64,000 nt of DNA, taken from positions 32,001 through 96,000 of the forward strand of contig OY761158.1 in NCBI GenBank assembly GCA_963664405.1. Direction: 5' to 3'. Shown one piece after another: positions 19,689 to 30,027 of this stretch; positions within the stretch are counted from its first letter, which is position 1; every line of letters begins with the position of its first letter. The translations under genes and the position numbers were made by a program. Source of the DNA: Thermoanaerobaculia bacterium (GTDB lineage: Bacteria; Acidobacteriota; Thermoanaerobaculia; Multivoradales; Multivoraceae). Under the pieces are notes generated by a model. It worked only from the letters and a program-made list of their open reading frames with translations. It did not search any database and was not told where the DNA came from.

Positions 19689-21147
19689 GTTGGTCGTAGT
19701 CCTCGAGGTTGTGCGGTCTCACGGAGAGATCTCGCTGTTGGAGCTCCTGGCTGAGCGGCACCGGTAAAGCCGGGGGCTGACCGAGGCCGCGCTGGTGCCG
19801 TTCGAGTAGGAGCCGGACGGACTGGAATCGCGGTGCGTGGTTCAGGAGCGCTTCGCGCACGGCTTTGTCGAGTCGCTGGGGGCCGTACTGGCGCAGGAGT
19901 CGGAGCAGGCCGGCGGTCTGCGTTCCGAGGTTCTCGCCTCGCTCGGCGAGCTGCTGCATCAGCTCTTCGCATCGAGGCACAGCGGAAAACAGCCGATGGA
20001 AGCCCCGGTGTCGTCGGGCCCTGCGTTTGTGAGCGAGGAGCTCCTCGAGGTGTTGAGGATCGAGGATCTGCTCGCCCCGGGAGTACGAGCGAGGGTGCTC
20101 GGCGAGGAGCTCCTGGCCATCGAGGATCCGCACCCGATGCTCGCTGGCGAGGAGCGTGACGGTCCTCTGCACATGACTGTGCGGCACCGAGTAGTCGTTG
20201 AGGTCGAAGCGCACGATCGGCGTCTTTCTGACCTTGATCTCCAGTCGCAGGTCGGTTTCGAAGTCGTCTCCGGGAAGCTCAAGCAGTCGAGGTCGTTCCT
20301 GGGCCAGGGCGCTTTTCACGGTTCGCTGTCGGTCCTGCGGCCAGGGTCTGCGCTGCGACCTCTGGCACCATTCCAGGACCTGCCGATTCAGACGATCCAA
20401 ATCGCTCACCGTTCGGGCGCCGAAGAACGAGCTTCGCAGGAAGCGGATTGCGCGCTCGACGCGGCCTTTCTCATTTCCCCGAGCCACCGCGGCGACGGTG
20501 GGAAGGAAGCCGTAGTGGCTGGCGAAATCGAGCAGCACGGGATGGAAGCGCACCGCGGTTCCCTGCCGCTCGATCACCGCGGTTCGCAGGTTGTCGTACA
20601 GAACGGTCCTGACGACGCCGTCGACGTAGTGGAAGGCCAGCTGGTGAGCGTGCAAGAAGGTTTCGAGACGAGTGTCGAGGGTGAAGTGCACGAAGACCGT
20701 GCGCGAGAACGACAGCACGAAGACGAAGGCATAGAGCCGACGATGTGCCCGGCCGACGCGGAGCCGACCGAAGTGGCCCCAGTCGACCTGCGCCTGCTCT
20801 CCTGGCAGCATGCGCAGCGAGAGAAACGCCTCGCGCTGGGGCTTCGGTCGCATCGAGGCCACCAGGTGGCGAAACTGATCCGGGCCTCCTGGATAGCCGC
20901 GCTCCACCACCATGGTGTAGAGACGGCTCGCCGGCAGTCGTGGGTAGGTCCCGAGCACCTGCTCGATGAACGGCAGGTAAGGATCGATCATCCTCCCTCG
21001 TCGCTGCTGGGGTAGCACGCCGGACTTCTCCAGCGCCCGGCGCACGGTTGAGGGGTGCAGCTGTAGCTGTCGAGCGATCGTGCCGACTTTCCACTTCTCG
21101 ACCAGGAACAGACGACGGATCTCCCCGCGCAGCTGTGCGTCGATCAC
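19639..21147 (-). CDS. istA: IS21 transposase IstA
   Basis: PGEQAQVDWG, YDN, KGRVER; GTG start at 21147 inferred. Confidence 0.93.
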   Translation of the reverse strand: MIDAQLRGEIRRLFLVEKWKVGTIARQLQLHPSTVRRALEKSGVLPQQRRGRMIDPYLPFIEQVLGTYPRLPASRLYTMVVERGYPGGPDQFRHLVASMRPKPQREAFLSLRMLPGEQAQVDWGHFGRLRVGRAHRRLYAFVFVLSFSRTVFVHFTLDTRLETFLHAHQLAFHYVDGVVRTVLYDNLRTAVIERQGTAVRFHPVLLDFASHYGFLPTVAAVARGNEKGRVERAIRFLRSSFFGARTVSDLDRLNRQVLEWCQRSQRRPWPQDRQRTVKSALAQERPRLLELPGDDFETDLRLEIKVRKTPIVRFDLNDYSVPHSHVQRTVTLLASEHRVRILDGQELLAEHPRSYSRGEQILDPQHLEELLAHKRRARRHRGFHRLFSAVPRCEELMQQLAERGENLGTQTAGLLRLLRQYGPQRLDKAVREALLNHAPRFQSVRLLLERHQRGLGQPPALPVPLSQELQQRDLSVRPHNLEDYDQLGGNDDGPTQEESNDP

Positions 21148-21151
21148 GCCC

Positions 21152-21547
21152 CTATCTCCGTCGGCAACGACGAAAGCTCGTTCGCACAAACTCTCGGCAG
21201 GCCTCTCCACACTGCATGCATCGCGGATTCCTCGGGTCGTAGCGCACTTCGCGCCTCGGAGTCTCGATCCGACACAGTGTCCTCCCCGAAGTACCGCCTG
21301 GGGTACCCTGATGCGTCACTTTCTCTGCCCGCTCGCGCTGGCGCCGACGGTAGCGGGCCTGACGGGCGGCATGACAATGCCGACCTCGGAGGCTTCGCTG
21401 GTACCGATGGCCGGCCGCCCGAGTCGATTCCCGACGAGCCACCAGAGCACAAGCCCGGCAGTAACGCTGGCCACGGTCACAGTGCGAGCACAGCGAGATA
21501 CGCCGACGGCATCGAGCACAGTCGAAGAGTCGGTAGTCCGGTCGCAT
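21152..21547 (-). CDS. Cys-rich (zinc-finger-like) IS21-associated protein
   Basis: CARC, CSHC, CRAC, CMQC motifs; directly upstream of istA. Confidence 0.65.
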   Translation of the reverse strand: MRPDYRLFDCARCRRRISLCSHCDRGQRYCRACALVARRESTRAAGHRYQRSLRGRHCHAARQARYRRRQRERAEKVTHQGTPGGTSGRTLCRIETPRREVRYDPRNPRCMQCGEACREFVRTSFRRCRRR

Positions 21548-21907
21548 CGTCGCCTCCCATTCGACGACGACCCCGACTCTCTGCCATACTGCAAGCGCAG
21601 CTAATGCTGCGGTTTGGGGCAGAGCCCGGGGCGTTTTCTACTTCGCTTTCCCGGGCTCTCGCCGTCTCTGGTCGGCCTGCTCTATCAGAGCAGAGCCCGC
21701 ACTGCAAAGCCCTACACCGACTCACGCATCTCTTCCGACCGCAAACACGCCGCCGGGACCACGCACCCGGACCGCCGTTCCGGCGGGATGATGCCGCCCT
21801 TCCTGAAGAAGGCCTAGCTTTCCCGCGGTCGCGAAGCCCTCAGCTCACTCCATCCCGGAAACTGCGCTCGCAGCCAACGGGATGCGCTTTCTCGCAGCCA
21901 TCAACAC

Positions 21908-22441
21908 TTGACCCGGGAAGCCCTGGTACCGACTAGAAAGGCAGCCCCCGCCCCATATGAGCCAGTGCAGCATGCTCGTCTCCGACTGGGAGGCCTCACC
22001 CCGAGTGATCCTGTGTCCGAGATTGTCGGCGAGGATGGCAACATCGCGGAGCACCGCCGGGACACCGAAGCTCGCCTGATAGTCGCGATCGAGAAAGCGG
22101 AGAAGGGCAGCTACCAGACATGTATCGAGCGGCTCTCCAGCTTCTTAGAGCCCGAGCATGGCGGGCACAGGGGGAAGTACCACGTGCAGGGCGGTGGGTT
22201 GCCCAGCGAGAAGGATGCGCCTGACATCGCCCATCTCGCAGCCTTCCATCTGATTCGAGCGATCGCCCTATGGCGCCGTGCGGACAAGTCCCTGTCGGCC
22301 ACCCTAGCTCACCAGGCTGGACTGGCGTATGAGTACCTACGCAGCGCTGGAGACCGCGGTGATCTGGCTATGACGGACCGGATGCTGAAAGAGGTGCGGG
22401 GCGCGCGCTTCATCTCGTCTGCCCGGGATGTCGAATCATAG
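21908..22441 (+). CDS. Hypothetical protein, possibly 5'-truncated by IS21
   Basis: Protein-like composition; begins at the IS21 end. Confidence 0.4.
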   Translation: MTREALVPTRKAAPAPYEPVQHARLRLGGLTPSDPVSEIVGEDGNIAEHRRDTEARLIVAIEKAEKGSYQTCIERLSSFLEPEHGGHRGKYHVQGGGLPSEKDAPDIAHLAAFHLIRAIALWRRADKSLSATLAHQAGLAYEYLRSAGDRGDLAMTDRMLKEVRGARFISSARDVES

Positions 22442-22593
22442 TCCGGGATCCCCGCCGCAGCCAGGCTCACTCCCTTCCAACTCCCCCTCGACCCCCAAGC
22501 TGTGCCAGCGAGAAACCCGCGCCCCAAAAGGCCGTATGAGAAACTAGAATAGCCACGTCACCAAAACCATCCGAGGTGTGGGGAGACAGATCG

Positions 22594-24189
22594 ATGAGAA
22601 TGAGAGTACATCTTTCGCGAAAGGCTTTGACCTTGACGGTTCTTGCGGCTGCATCGGCACTGCTTGCCAGCCCGATCTTTGCAGCTGCCGTGGACGTCGA
22701 GCAGCCGAACTATGTCGAGCACGTAGCTCCCCTTCTGCACGAGAATTGTGTTTCCTGTCATCGTCCCGACGAGATCGCGCCGATGTCTCTGCGCACCTAT
22801 GACGAGGTACGCCCCTGGGCCCGCTCGATCGCGAAAAGCGTTCGCCAGCGCGACATGCCGCCTTGGGACGCCGATGAGGGATACGGCCCCTTCACCAACG
22901 ACACCAGCCTCTCTGAGGACGAGATCGAAACGATCACGACCTGGGCCCTGTCTGGAGCGCCTCGCGGCGAGGGCGACGAACCCGAGCCCCCCACCTTCGA
23001 GCGCGAAGGTGAATGGGCTTTGGGCGAGCCGGACTGGATCATCGAGTTCGACCCAATCGAGGTTACCGCCGACGGGCCCGATCAGTTCGTGCAGATTCCG
23101 CTCGAAACCGGCTTGGAGGGCGAGGGTTGGATCCGCGCCATCGAGGTTCTTCCTGGAGACCCCAAGGTGGTTCACCACTTCATTCTCTGGCAGGCGGACG
23201 AGAGCGGCAGGATGCAAGAGTCCTGGATCTCCGGTTGGGCGGCAGGCGCACCTCCCGCCGAGTTTCCGGATGGCACGGCGCGCCTCATCAAGAGTGGTCG
23301 CAAGCTGATCGGCGATTTCCACTATCACCCCTACGGCGAGGCCTCGACCGACAAGACGAGGGTCGGTATCTACTACGCCAAGGAGGAGGAGATCGAAAAG
23401 GAGTTCGTCAATCTCTGGATCCTGAACGCCGATTTCAAGATCCCCGCCGGCGACCCTAACTACGGCGCCAAGGCGTCCTATGTCTTTCCGCAGGACGTCG
23501 AGATCCGTGCGCTGGCGCCACATATGCACTATCGCGGCAAGGACATGAGCTACACCGCGACCTATCCCGATGGCCGCCAGGAGAAGCTCCTCAGCGTCAG
23601 TCGCTATGACTTCAACTGGCAGAATGGCTATGAGTTCGAGACACCGATCGCCGCCCCGGCGGGTACTCGCATCGATGTCGTAGCCCATTGGGACAATTCG
23701 CCTGACAATCCGAGCAACCCCGACCCAACCGTCGACGTGGTCTGGGGCCCTCAGTCGACCGACGAGATGTTGATCGGCTTCCTCGACTATGTGGTCAAGG
23801 AAGGGATCAGCCCGGAGCCGATCAGTCTCGTCCTGGGTAAGCTCGCCGAGCTCGCCGAGGCCTATCCCGGCGAGGCGTGGCGAGTCGACATCACGCGTCA
23901 ACCGGGCAAGGGCCCCGAGCCCACCGCGCTCCACCTTCCGCGAGAAGGCGGACAGGGCGGCTGGTACGTGCAAGTGGGCAGCCTGGTACTGCCGGCGCCG
24001 ATCAAGGATGTAGCCTGGGTGGACAACAAAGTGACCGGTACCGCAATGATCCCAGGCCAGGAGCCGATGGCGATCTCCGGCGAGCTCGATCCCGAGAGCG
24101 GCAAGATCACGCTGTCGATGGGGCTCGGAGCTGTCGTCGGCCTCCCCGCCGAGGACGAGAGCGCGCAATCGGTCGTCCCCAACGCCTAG
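22594..24189 (+). CDS. Secreted protein with c-type heme motif and copper type II monooxygenase-like domains
   Basis: Signal peptide, CVSCH, MPPW, VVHH, PHMHYRG, DEM motifs. Confidence 0.75.
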   Translation: MRMRVHLSRKALTLTVLAAASALLASPIFAAAVDVEQPNYVEHVAPLLHENCVSCHRPDEIAPMSLRTYDEVRPWARSIAKSVRQRDMPPWDADEGYGPFTNDTSLSEDEIETITTWALSGAPRGEGDEPEPPTFEREGEWALGEPDWIIEFDPIEVTADGPDQFVQIPLETGLEGEGWIRAIEVLPGDPKVVHHFILWQADESGRMQESWISGWAAGAPPAEFPDGTARLIKSGRKLIGDFHYHPYGEASTDKTRVGIYYAKEEEIEKEFVNLWILNADFKIPAGDPNYGAKASYVFPQDVEIRALAPHMHYRGKDMSYTATYPDGRQEKLLSVSRYDFNWQNGYEFETPIAAPAGTRIDVVAHWDNSPDNPSNPDPTVDVVWGPQSTDEMLIGFLDYVVKEGISPEPISLVLGKLAELAEAYPGEAWRVDITRQPGKGPEPTALHLPREGGQGGWYVQVGSLVLPAPIKDVAWVDNKVTGTAMIPGQEPMAISGELDPESGKITLSMGLGAVVGLPAEDESAQSVVPNA

Positions 24190-24202
24190 ACCAGCCTCTG
24201 AC

Positions 24203-24310
24203 CCAATCGCTTCGCAGTACCCTTGCCGGATCGGTGCGCGACGCCTTCAATGCTCGAGCCAGCGCTGCAAGGGCCGCCACCGCCGTCAACAGCGCCGCGA
24301 CCGTGTAGAG
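24203..24310 (-). pseudogene. C-terminal remnant of FtsX-like ABC permease
   Basis: LLTAVAALAALARALKASRTDPARVLRSD resembles the permease C-terminal PARRAxRxDPxxALRxE motif. Confidence 0.55.
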
Positions 24311-24344
24311 AGCCTTCGCTCCGGAAGGTTGCTAGAGTCCGAAA

Positions 24345-25973
24345 GTGATGAGGCCCCTCGCTCTCTACATCGGTGTGCTCGCGCTGGCGGGCTGCGGAGG
24401 CGAGCCCGAGCTGCCGCCTAATCTGCTCTTGGTAACCGTAGACTCACTGCGAGTCGATCGCCTCCGACTGTGGAACCCGAATACCGGGGTCGCGACCCCA
24501 GAGCTGGAAAAGATGGCTCGCGCAGGCACCCGTTTTTCCAATACCTGGGCGGTAGCACCGTGGACGGCTCCTTCTGTGGTCTCAGTCTTCAGCGGCCTTT
24601 TTCCCCCGAGCCACGGCGTCGTCTACCGAGACGACAGCACACCGAAGGGCCTGCCAACACTGCCGCGCCTACTCGAAGGTCAGGGCTACCATCTGGGCAA
24701 TTTCTCGTTCTTCGCAGGCATCTCCTACTTTCGTAATCTCGGCCTTCCGGCTCCTCCCCCGGGGCTGCGCCACGGCCGCGTTGTCGAGACCTTCTCCAAC
24801 TGGCTCAGTGAAGTGCCCGGCGAGGAGCCCTTCTTCGCCTGGCTCCACCTGCTCGAGCCTCACCTACCCTACGGCGCCAGTGGGTATACGGCGAGAAAGG
24901 CCAAGGTCGAGGGCTCGACCGGTCTGGTCGAGGCGCAGCTTCGTGGCACGCTACCTCTGGACAGCGCAGAGTTTGCCGCAGGTGATCGCGACCGTCTTAT
25001 CGACCTCTATGACCAAGACGTTGCGGAAATGGACGAGGAGCTCGGAAAGATCTTCTCCGCCCTCGAGGTCTCCGGACGCTCCGAAGAGACACTGGTTGTG
25101 TTTGTCGCCGACCACGGCGAGGAGCTCCTCGAGGACGGCTGGGTCGGGCACGCGTCGACCGCCGTGGAGGCCAAGCTACTCCCCGAGATCCTCCGCATCC
25201 CCTTCGTGCTCTCGGGCCCGAATGTGCCTGCAGGCCGAACGGTTGACGCGTTGCTTCAGCAAGTCGACATCTTCCCATCGATCTTGCGCCTGCTGAATAT
25301 CGATCTGCCAAAGCGAATCGACGGGAGGCTCGTGCCGGGACTCTTCGCGCTGCGCGGCTCCAAGCGGCGTGCCGCCTTTTTTGACTCTTCTATGGGCGGC
25401 AATCTGACCCCGATCGAGCGCCGAGGCGAGCGACTCCAGGGCATTACCGACGGCGAGTGCCTGCTACAGAGCCACATCGAGCAGGGGGCCCCACCCTCAC
25501 TTCTCAGCCGCGATCTCACCGTGGGGGGATGCTCCGAGCCCCGCCTCCGCCGACTCGCGGCGTCCCTCGACGACTGGCGCGAAGAGCAGACGCTACAGCG
25601 GGTCCAACTGCTGGCAGATTCGGGCAGCGAAAATCGACCCGATGGCGCCCTGGTTGCCGCTTTCGATCAATCCCTGGAGGTTCTGCAGCCTCCTTCGGGC
25701 ACGACTCTGGATTGGTCCGCGACACAAGGTCAGCTAGTCTTGGAGTGGTCAGGGACAAGCGATGGGTACTGGGTCGAGTATCAGATCGCAGAAGGCTTGA
25801 AGCATGTTGAAGGCAGCTTCCCCGCCGAGCAGCAGCGCCTCGTCTTCGGACCTTTTCCGCTCGGCTTCTGGAACGACCTGGCTTCCTATAGCCCCTTCCT
25901 CTTCCGCGTCGTCGATACCAACGCCCGCACGCGCTCCGCGTGGATCGATTTCAAGCTCGAGCCGGCGTCTTGA
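24345..25973 (+). CDS. Sulfatase-like (alkaline phosphatase superfamily) lipoprotein
   Basis: Lipobox LAGC, VTVDSLR, PWTAPS, EPHLPY, ADHGE. Confidence 0.85.
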   Translation: MMRPLALYIGVLALAGCGGEPELPPNLLLVTVDSLRVDRLRLWNPNTGVATPELEKMARAGTRFSNTWAVAPWTAPSVVSVFSGLFPPSHGVVYRDDSTPKGLPTLPRLLEGQGYHLGNFSFFAGISYFRNLGLPAPPPGLRHGRVVETFSNWLSEVPGEEPFFAWLHLLEPHLPYGASGYTARKAKVEGSTGLVEAQLRGTLPLDSAEFAAGDRDRLIDLYDQDVAEMDEELGKIFSALEVSGRSEETLVVFVADHGEELLEDGWVGHASTAVEAKLLPEILRIPFVLSGPNVPAGRTVDALLQQVDIFPSILRLLNIDLPKRIDGRLVPGLFALRGSKRRAAFFDSSMGGNLTPIERRGERLQGITDGECLLQSHIEQGAPPSLLSRDLTVGGCSEPRLRRLAASLDDWREEQTLQRVQLLADSGSENRPDGALVAAFDQSLEVLQPPSGTTLDWSATQGQLVLEWSGTSDGYWVEYQIAEGLKHVEGSFPAEQQRLVFGPFPLGFWNDLASYSPFLFRVVDTNARTRSAWIDFKLEPAS

Positions 25974-28018
25974 CGATAGCTGCACAGACTCTTCTCACTG
26001 CCCTCCTGTGTGCCCTCGTAGGCCAAGAGGGCGCACCGGATCACGAGCCCGACCCTCCCCCACCTTTCAACGACCTGCTGCAGCTGAGCGGGCTCGAGCT
26101 CAGCGACCTCGAGGTAGGCGCTCCGGCGGATTGGTTGGGCCATCCTGCCCCGAGCTCTATTCCCTTCCTCCTTCCGCACTACATCGATACCGCCAGGAAC
26201 CCCCTGCGCCTCGCGGCTCTCGGCAACAACCTTCTTCACGTCGCCCGCCGAGGCCTGGAGGACCCCGATCGAGGTCTTGTGTCACTCCTTACCGCCTCCC
26301 TTCTACAACCTCGTCTCCCTGGCTTCCGCGGCCTCTCGCAGGCTCCTGCGGAGCCCAAGAGAGCGGCGGACCTGCCGACTTCGTCGAGCGGGCAGAGCTT
26401 GCCGGTCGCACTCCAGGACCCCCTGAGCGACCTCCTCAGTGTCTTCGAGTTGGCGTCGGCGGCGGTACGACACTCTTGGGCTCGGGTGCCCGCGGAGGTG
26501 CTGAGCCTCGCCCTCGAGGCACGAAACCTCCCCAGAGACATCCCTGGAGGCACCGTGTCGTGGCCAGGGCTAGAGGACGCTGCGCTTGGCGGGGACGATG
26601 TCGGACGCGCCTGGGCGCTGCTCGCGCTGGTACGGGGTCTCGAGGACGCGGCCGAGGCCCTCTCTTCGCTGTCTCCGGACCAATATGCGGGCTTCGAGAG
26701 CTGGGCCTATTCCTCGCCACTGGGCCGAATCGTCGTGGCCGGCGCCGGTGACGACGAGCATCTCTGCCCCCAGGGCTGTTCTCTGATCGTCGATCTCGGC
26801 GGCGACGACGTCTACCGCGGTGAGGTAGCAAGCGCTCGCGCTCCCCACCGGCTGGTTGCTGCAGTTCTGGACCTGGGCGGCAATGACCACTACCTTGGCG
26901 ACTCGGCGACGCACACGCAAGGCGCCGGTCTCGGTGGCGTGGGCATCCTCTTCGACCTGGAGGGAGACGATCGCTACCAAGCCACCGACTATGCGCAGGG
27001 TTTCGGGCTGCTCGGCTACGGACTGCTCTGGGACGCGGCTGGATCGGATAGCTTTTCCGCCGCCGGAGGGGCTCAGGGAGCCGCGGTTTTCGGCGGCGGC
27101 GCACTTATCGACGGGGCCGGCAACGATCGCTATTCGGTCTTGGGAGAAGGACAGGGGTTCGGGGATCCCTGGGCTTGCGGGATCCTCGTCGACGCAGGCG
27201 GTGACGACAACTATCACGCGCAGCCCGACCCAGCCCTGGCGCACGGTCGCGCCGACTATCACTCTGAAGGTCGAGTCGCCGCCAACAACTCCCAGGGAGT
27301 GGGGGTCGGCCGTCGAGGAGATCTGGGTGACGGCCAGGCCTGGGCCGGCGGACTCGGGGTGATCGCTGACCTGAGCGGGAACGATTCTTACACCGCAGGC
27401 AACTTCTCTCAGGGAGTGGGCTACTGGTTCGGAACCGGCATGCTCCTTGATGGAGCTGGCAACGACCGCTATGAGTCGGTCTACTTCTCACAAGCCTCGG
27501 GAGCCCACTACAGCTTGGCGTTGCTCTACGACCGCGCCGGTGACGACCAGCACCTGCTGTCGCAGGAGGCGGGGGCCAGCCTTGGCTATGGCTGGGACTT
27601 CGCCGCGAGCTTGTTCATCGACGGCTCCGGCGACGACACCTATAGGGCTCGCGGGACTGCGGTGGCGGGGGCGGAGCTGAGCTCTGTGGCTCTCTTCCTC
27701 GAGCTCGGCGGCGACGACCGCTACCAGATAGCCGTTCCTTCGCGCTCTCTTGGCTGGTCAGCTTCGACCGGAGCTGGAAGCGATTCGACGCGGATCCCGA
27801 TCACTGCATCTCTGACGTCGAACCAAGTCGGCTTCTTTCTCGACCTCGGAGGCAACGATGAATACCCCCCGGGAGTGACCTCCAATGGAAGGGAATGGAG
27901 CCGTCCGATAGCCGGTCGCGGGCAACTCGGCTGGACCCGTGTCGGAGTCGGGGCGGACCGCGAAGAGACCCCTCCTCGGCAGGTTGCGCCCTGGCTCCTG
28001 AAGAAGCCTACGGAGTAG
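25970..28018 (+). CDS. Secreted protein with many DxxGxDxY repeats
   Basis: About 10 copies of D-x-x-G-(N/D)-D-x-Y followed by Gly-rich segments; TTG start inferred. Confidence 0.75.
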   Translation: MTIAAQTLLTALLCALVGQEGAPDHEPDPPPPFNDLLQLSGLELSDLEVGAPADWLGHPAPSSIPFLLPHYIDTARNPLRLAALGNNLLHVARRGLEDPDRGLVSLLTASLLQPRLPGFRGLSQAPAEPKRAADLPTSSSGQSLPVALQDPLSDLLSVFELASAAVRHSWARVPAEVLSLALEARNLPRDIPGGTVSWPGLEDAALGGDDVGRAWALLALVRGLEDAAEALSSLSPDQYAGFESWAYSSPLGRIVVAGAGDDEHLCPQGCSLIVDLGGDDVYRGEVASARAPHRLVAAVLDLGGNDHYLGDSATHTQGAGLGGVGILFDLEGDDRYQATDYAQGFGLLGYGLLWDAAGSDSFSAAGGAQGAAVFGGGALIDGAGNDRYSVLGEGQGFGDPWACGILVDAGGDDNYHAQPDPALAHGRADYHSEGRVAANNSQGVGVGRRGDLGDGQAWAGGLGVIADLSGNDSYTAGNFSQGVGYWFGTGMLLDGAGNDRYESVYFSQASGAHYSLALLYDRAGDDQHLLSQEAGASLGYGWDFAASLFIDGSGDDTYRARGTAVAGAELSSVALFLELGGDDRYQIAVPSRSLGWSASTGAGSDSTRIPITASLTSNQVGFFLDLGGNDEYPPGVTSNGREWSRPIAGRGQLGWTRVGVGADREETPPRQVAPWLLKKPTE

Positions 28019-28324
28019 GGTTGCCCTCGTGTCCGGCGCTGGTGAAGAGGTCTCTGCCGACGAGGGGAGATTGCATCTTGACCTCATCCCGACGGTCTTC
28101 GACCAGCATGCTGAGATCGTGGCGCATCGCGCTGAGCTCGGCTCTGACGTTGCGTACTTCCTGCAAGAGCTCCGACAGAACTTGGACGGCTTCTTCTGGC
28201 ATGAGTGTTGTCCTTTCGTGCACGGCGGCGTTGGTGGGGTACCGACTGATGGGTTTCTACGACCCCGCGACTCCGCTCCACCCGTCTTCGAGAGTCAGAG
28301 TCTCCTATCCCCGTCAGGAATCCG

Positions 28325-29927
28325 TCAGGTCCGCCCCAGTAAACGCTGCATGAGGCCAGGCTCGGCTCCCACCGGAATCGCGCCGGAGTCGAGCCTGTCC
28401 TTCGGCACCAGCAAGCGACCGCGGCTATGCAGTGCGACCGTCGCATCGACGATCTTCGGATCCAGATGCGTACCCCGGATCTTGCTCAGAAAGCCTACAG
28501 CCTCGTCGAAGCCCTTGGCCTCGTGGTAAGGACGCCCCGAGCTCACCGCGTCGAGGACGTCGGCTACCGCGAGCAGTCGACCGAGAAAAGGAATCTTCTC
28601 TCCGGCCAGACGGTCGGGGTAACCGGAGCCGTCCCAACGCTCGTGATGGTGACGCACACCGGGCAGAACGGAACGCAGCAGAGGGCTCTTCACCTGCTGG
28701 AGGATGTCGTAGCCGTAGACAGCGTGGCGCTTCATCTCCTCGAACTCCTCTGCCGTCAGGGGTCCGGGCTTGTTCAGAATGAGCTCCGAAACGCCGACCT
28801 TGCCGACGTCATGCACCAAGGCGGCAAGACGCACCACCTCCTCTTCGTCCCCACTGCGTCCCATCTCACGCGCAATGCGCACCGCGAAGGCGGCGACACG
28901 CTCCGAATGCCGATGGGTGTAGCCGTCCTTGGCGTCGATGGTGGCGACGATCGCCCGAATGGTGTCGAGAAGGGATTCCTGGAGCTGCTGTTGAAGGCGA
29001 GTCCTCTGGATCGCCGCACACGCCTGATTGCCGATCAGCGCGAGCAGATCGACATCGATCTCCGAGAATGCGCCGGGCTGGCTGAGGTTGTCCATATAGA
29101 GCACCCCGAGAACACCCTCGTCGCCGGAGATCGGAGAGCAGACGACCGAGCGAATGCTCTGTCGAATGATGCTCTCTCCCTCGCTGTAGCGATGATCACT
29201 GGCCGCATCCCAGCTGAGCACTGACGCCCCGTTCAGGATGACGTCCTGAATCACGGTCCGACTCACCACGAAGTGCTGGGTGCCGACGCCCGACGTGCGG
29301 CAGCGAGAGGCGACGATTCGAAGCCCCTCTCGCGTCCCCTCGCTCCCTTCTATGAGAAGGAGCGCTGCGCGATCTACAGAGCTGTTATCGAAAACGGCAC
29401 TCAGGACACCCTCGAAGACCGCGGTGACGTCTTTCGCTTGCACCAAGAGATTGGAGACCTGATACGCGGTCGCGAGACTTCGTTGGGCTCGTGCAGCTCT
29501 CCGGGGTCGGCAGCGGAAACGCCTACCTCGGGCGCCCAGTGTGCTACGACCTTGCGAATCACGCTTCGCCCTGTCTCTTCACGGAGCTCGAGCTCGGCGT
29601 CAACCTCGGAGATCCCCAGCGGGAGCGGTATCAGAAGCTCTCGACACTCGAGCACGACCGGCCCGACAGAGAGCTCATCTCCGGCATCCAGATGCCTTCG
29701 AGTCACTTTCGTGCCATTGACGAACGTTCCGTTGGCAGAGCTCAGATCACGGACAAAGACCTGGTTACCCGAGTGCTCGAAGTCGCAATGACGCCTCGAA
29801 ACGCCCCGCTCTTCCAGCCGTATCTCGCACCCGGGAGCACGGCCCAGGGTCCAGTTCGCCCCTTCTCTGATCTCAAAGGTCCGGCCGACTTTCGTTCCCT
29901 CGACGATCAACAGCTCTAGATCCATCA
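28325..29927 (-). pseudogene. FHA-GAF-HD-GYP protein split by a frameshift near 29490
   Basis: FHA (LGR..C..VSRRH..SANGT) in 29401..29982; GAF and HD-GYP (HDVGK, HHERWDGSGYP) in 28325..29446. Confidence 0.8.
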
Positions 29928-30027
29928 GCGACCCCTCAAAAAGCAGCTCTGTCGCGAGCACCGGCCCCCTCGGACGGAGCATCCGATAGGCAATGCGCAG
30001 CTCGCTATCCTACCAGGCGAGTGAGAA

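Larger units (their letters stand above)
18517..21906 (-). mobile_element. IS21-family element with two accessory ORFs
   Basis: TG..CA termini with ~40-bp imperfect IRs (TGTTACCGGCTACGAGAAAGCGCA vs TGTTGATGGCTGCGAGAAAGCGCA). Confidence 0.88.

Noticed and set aside
22558-24168. Long antisense ORFs (also 120..1295, 19837..21015, 30175..31674 and others)
   Set aside because: Shadows of real genes in GC-rich DNA; no recognisable motifs
28008-28223. 71-aa coiled-coil-like ORF
   Set aside because: Plausible but unsupported by any motif
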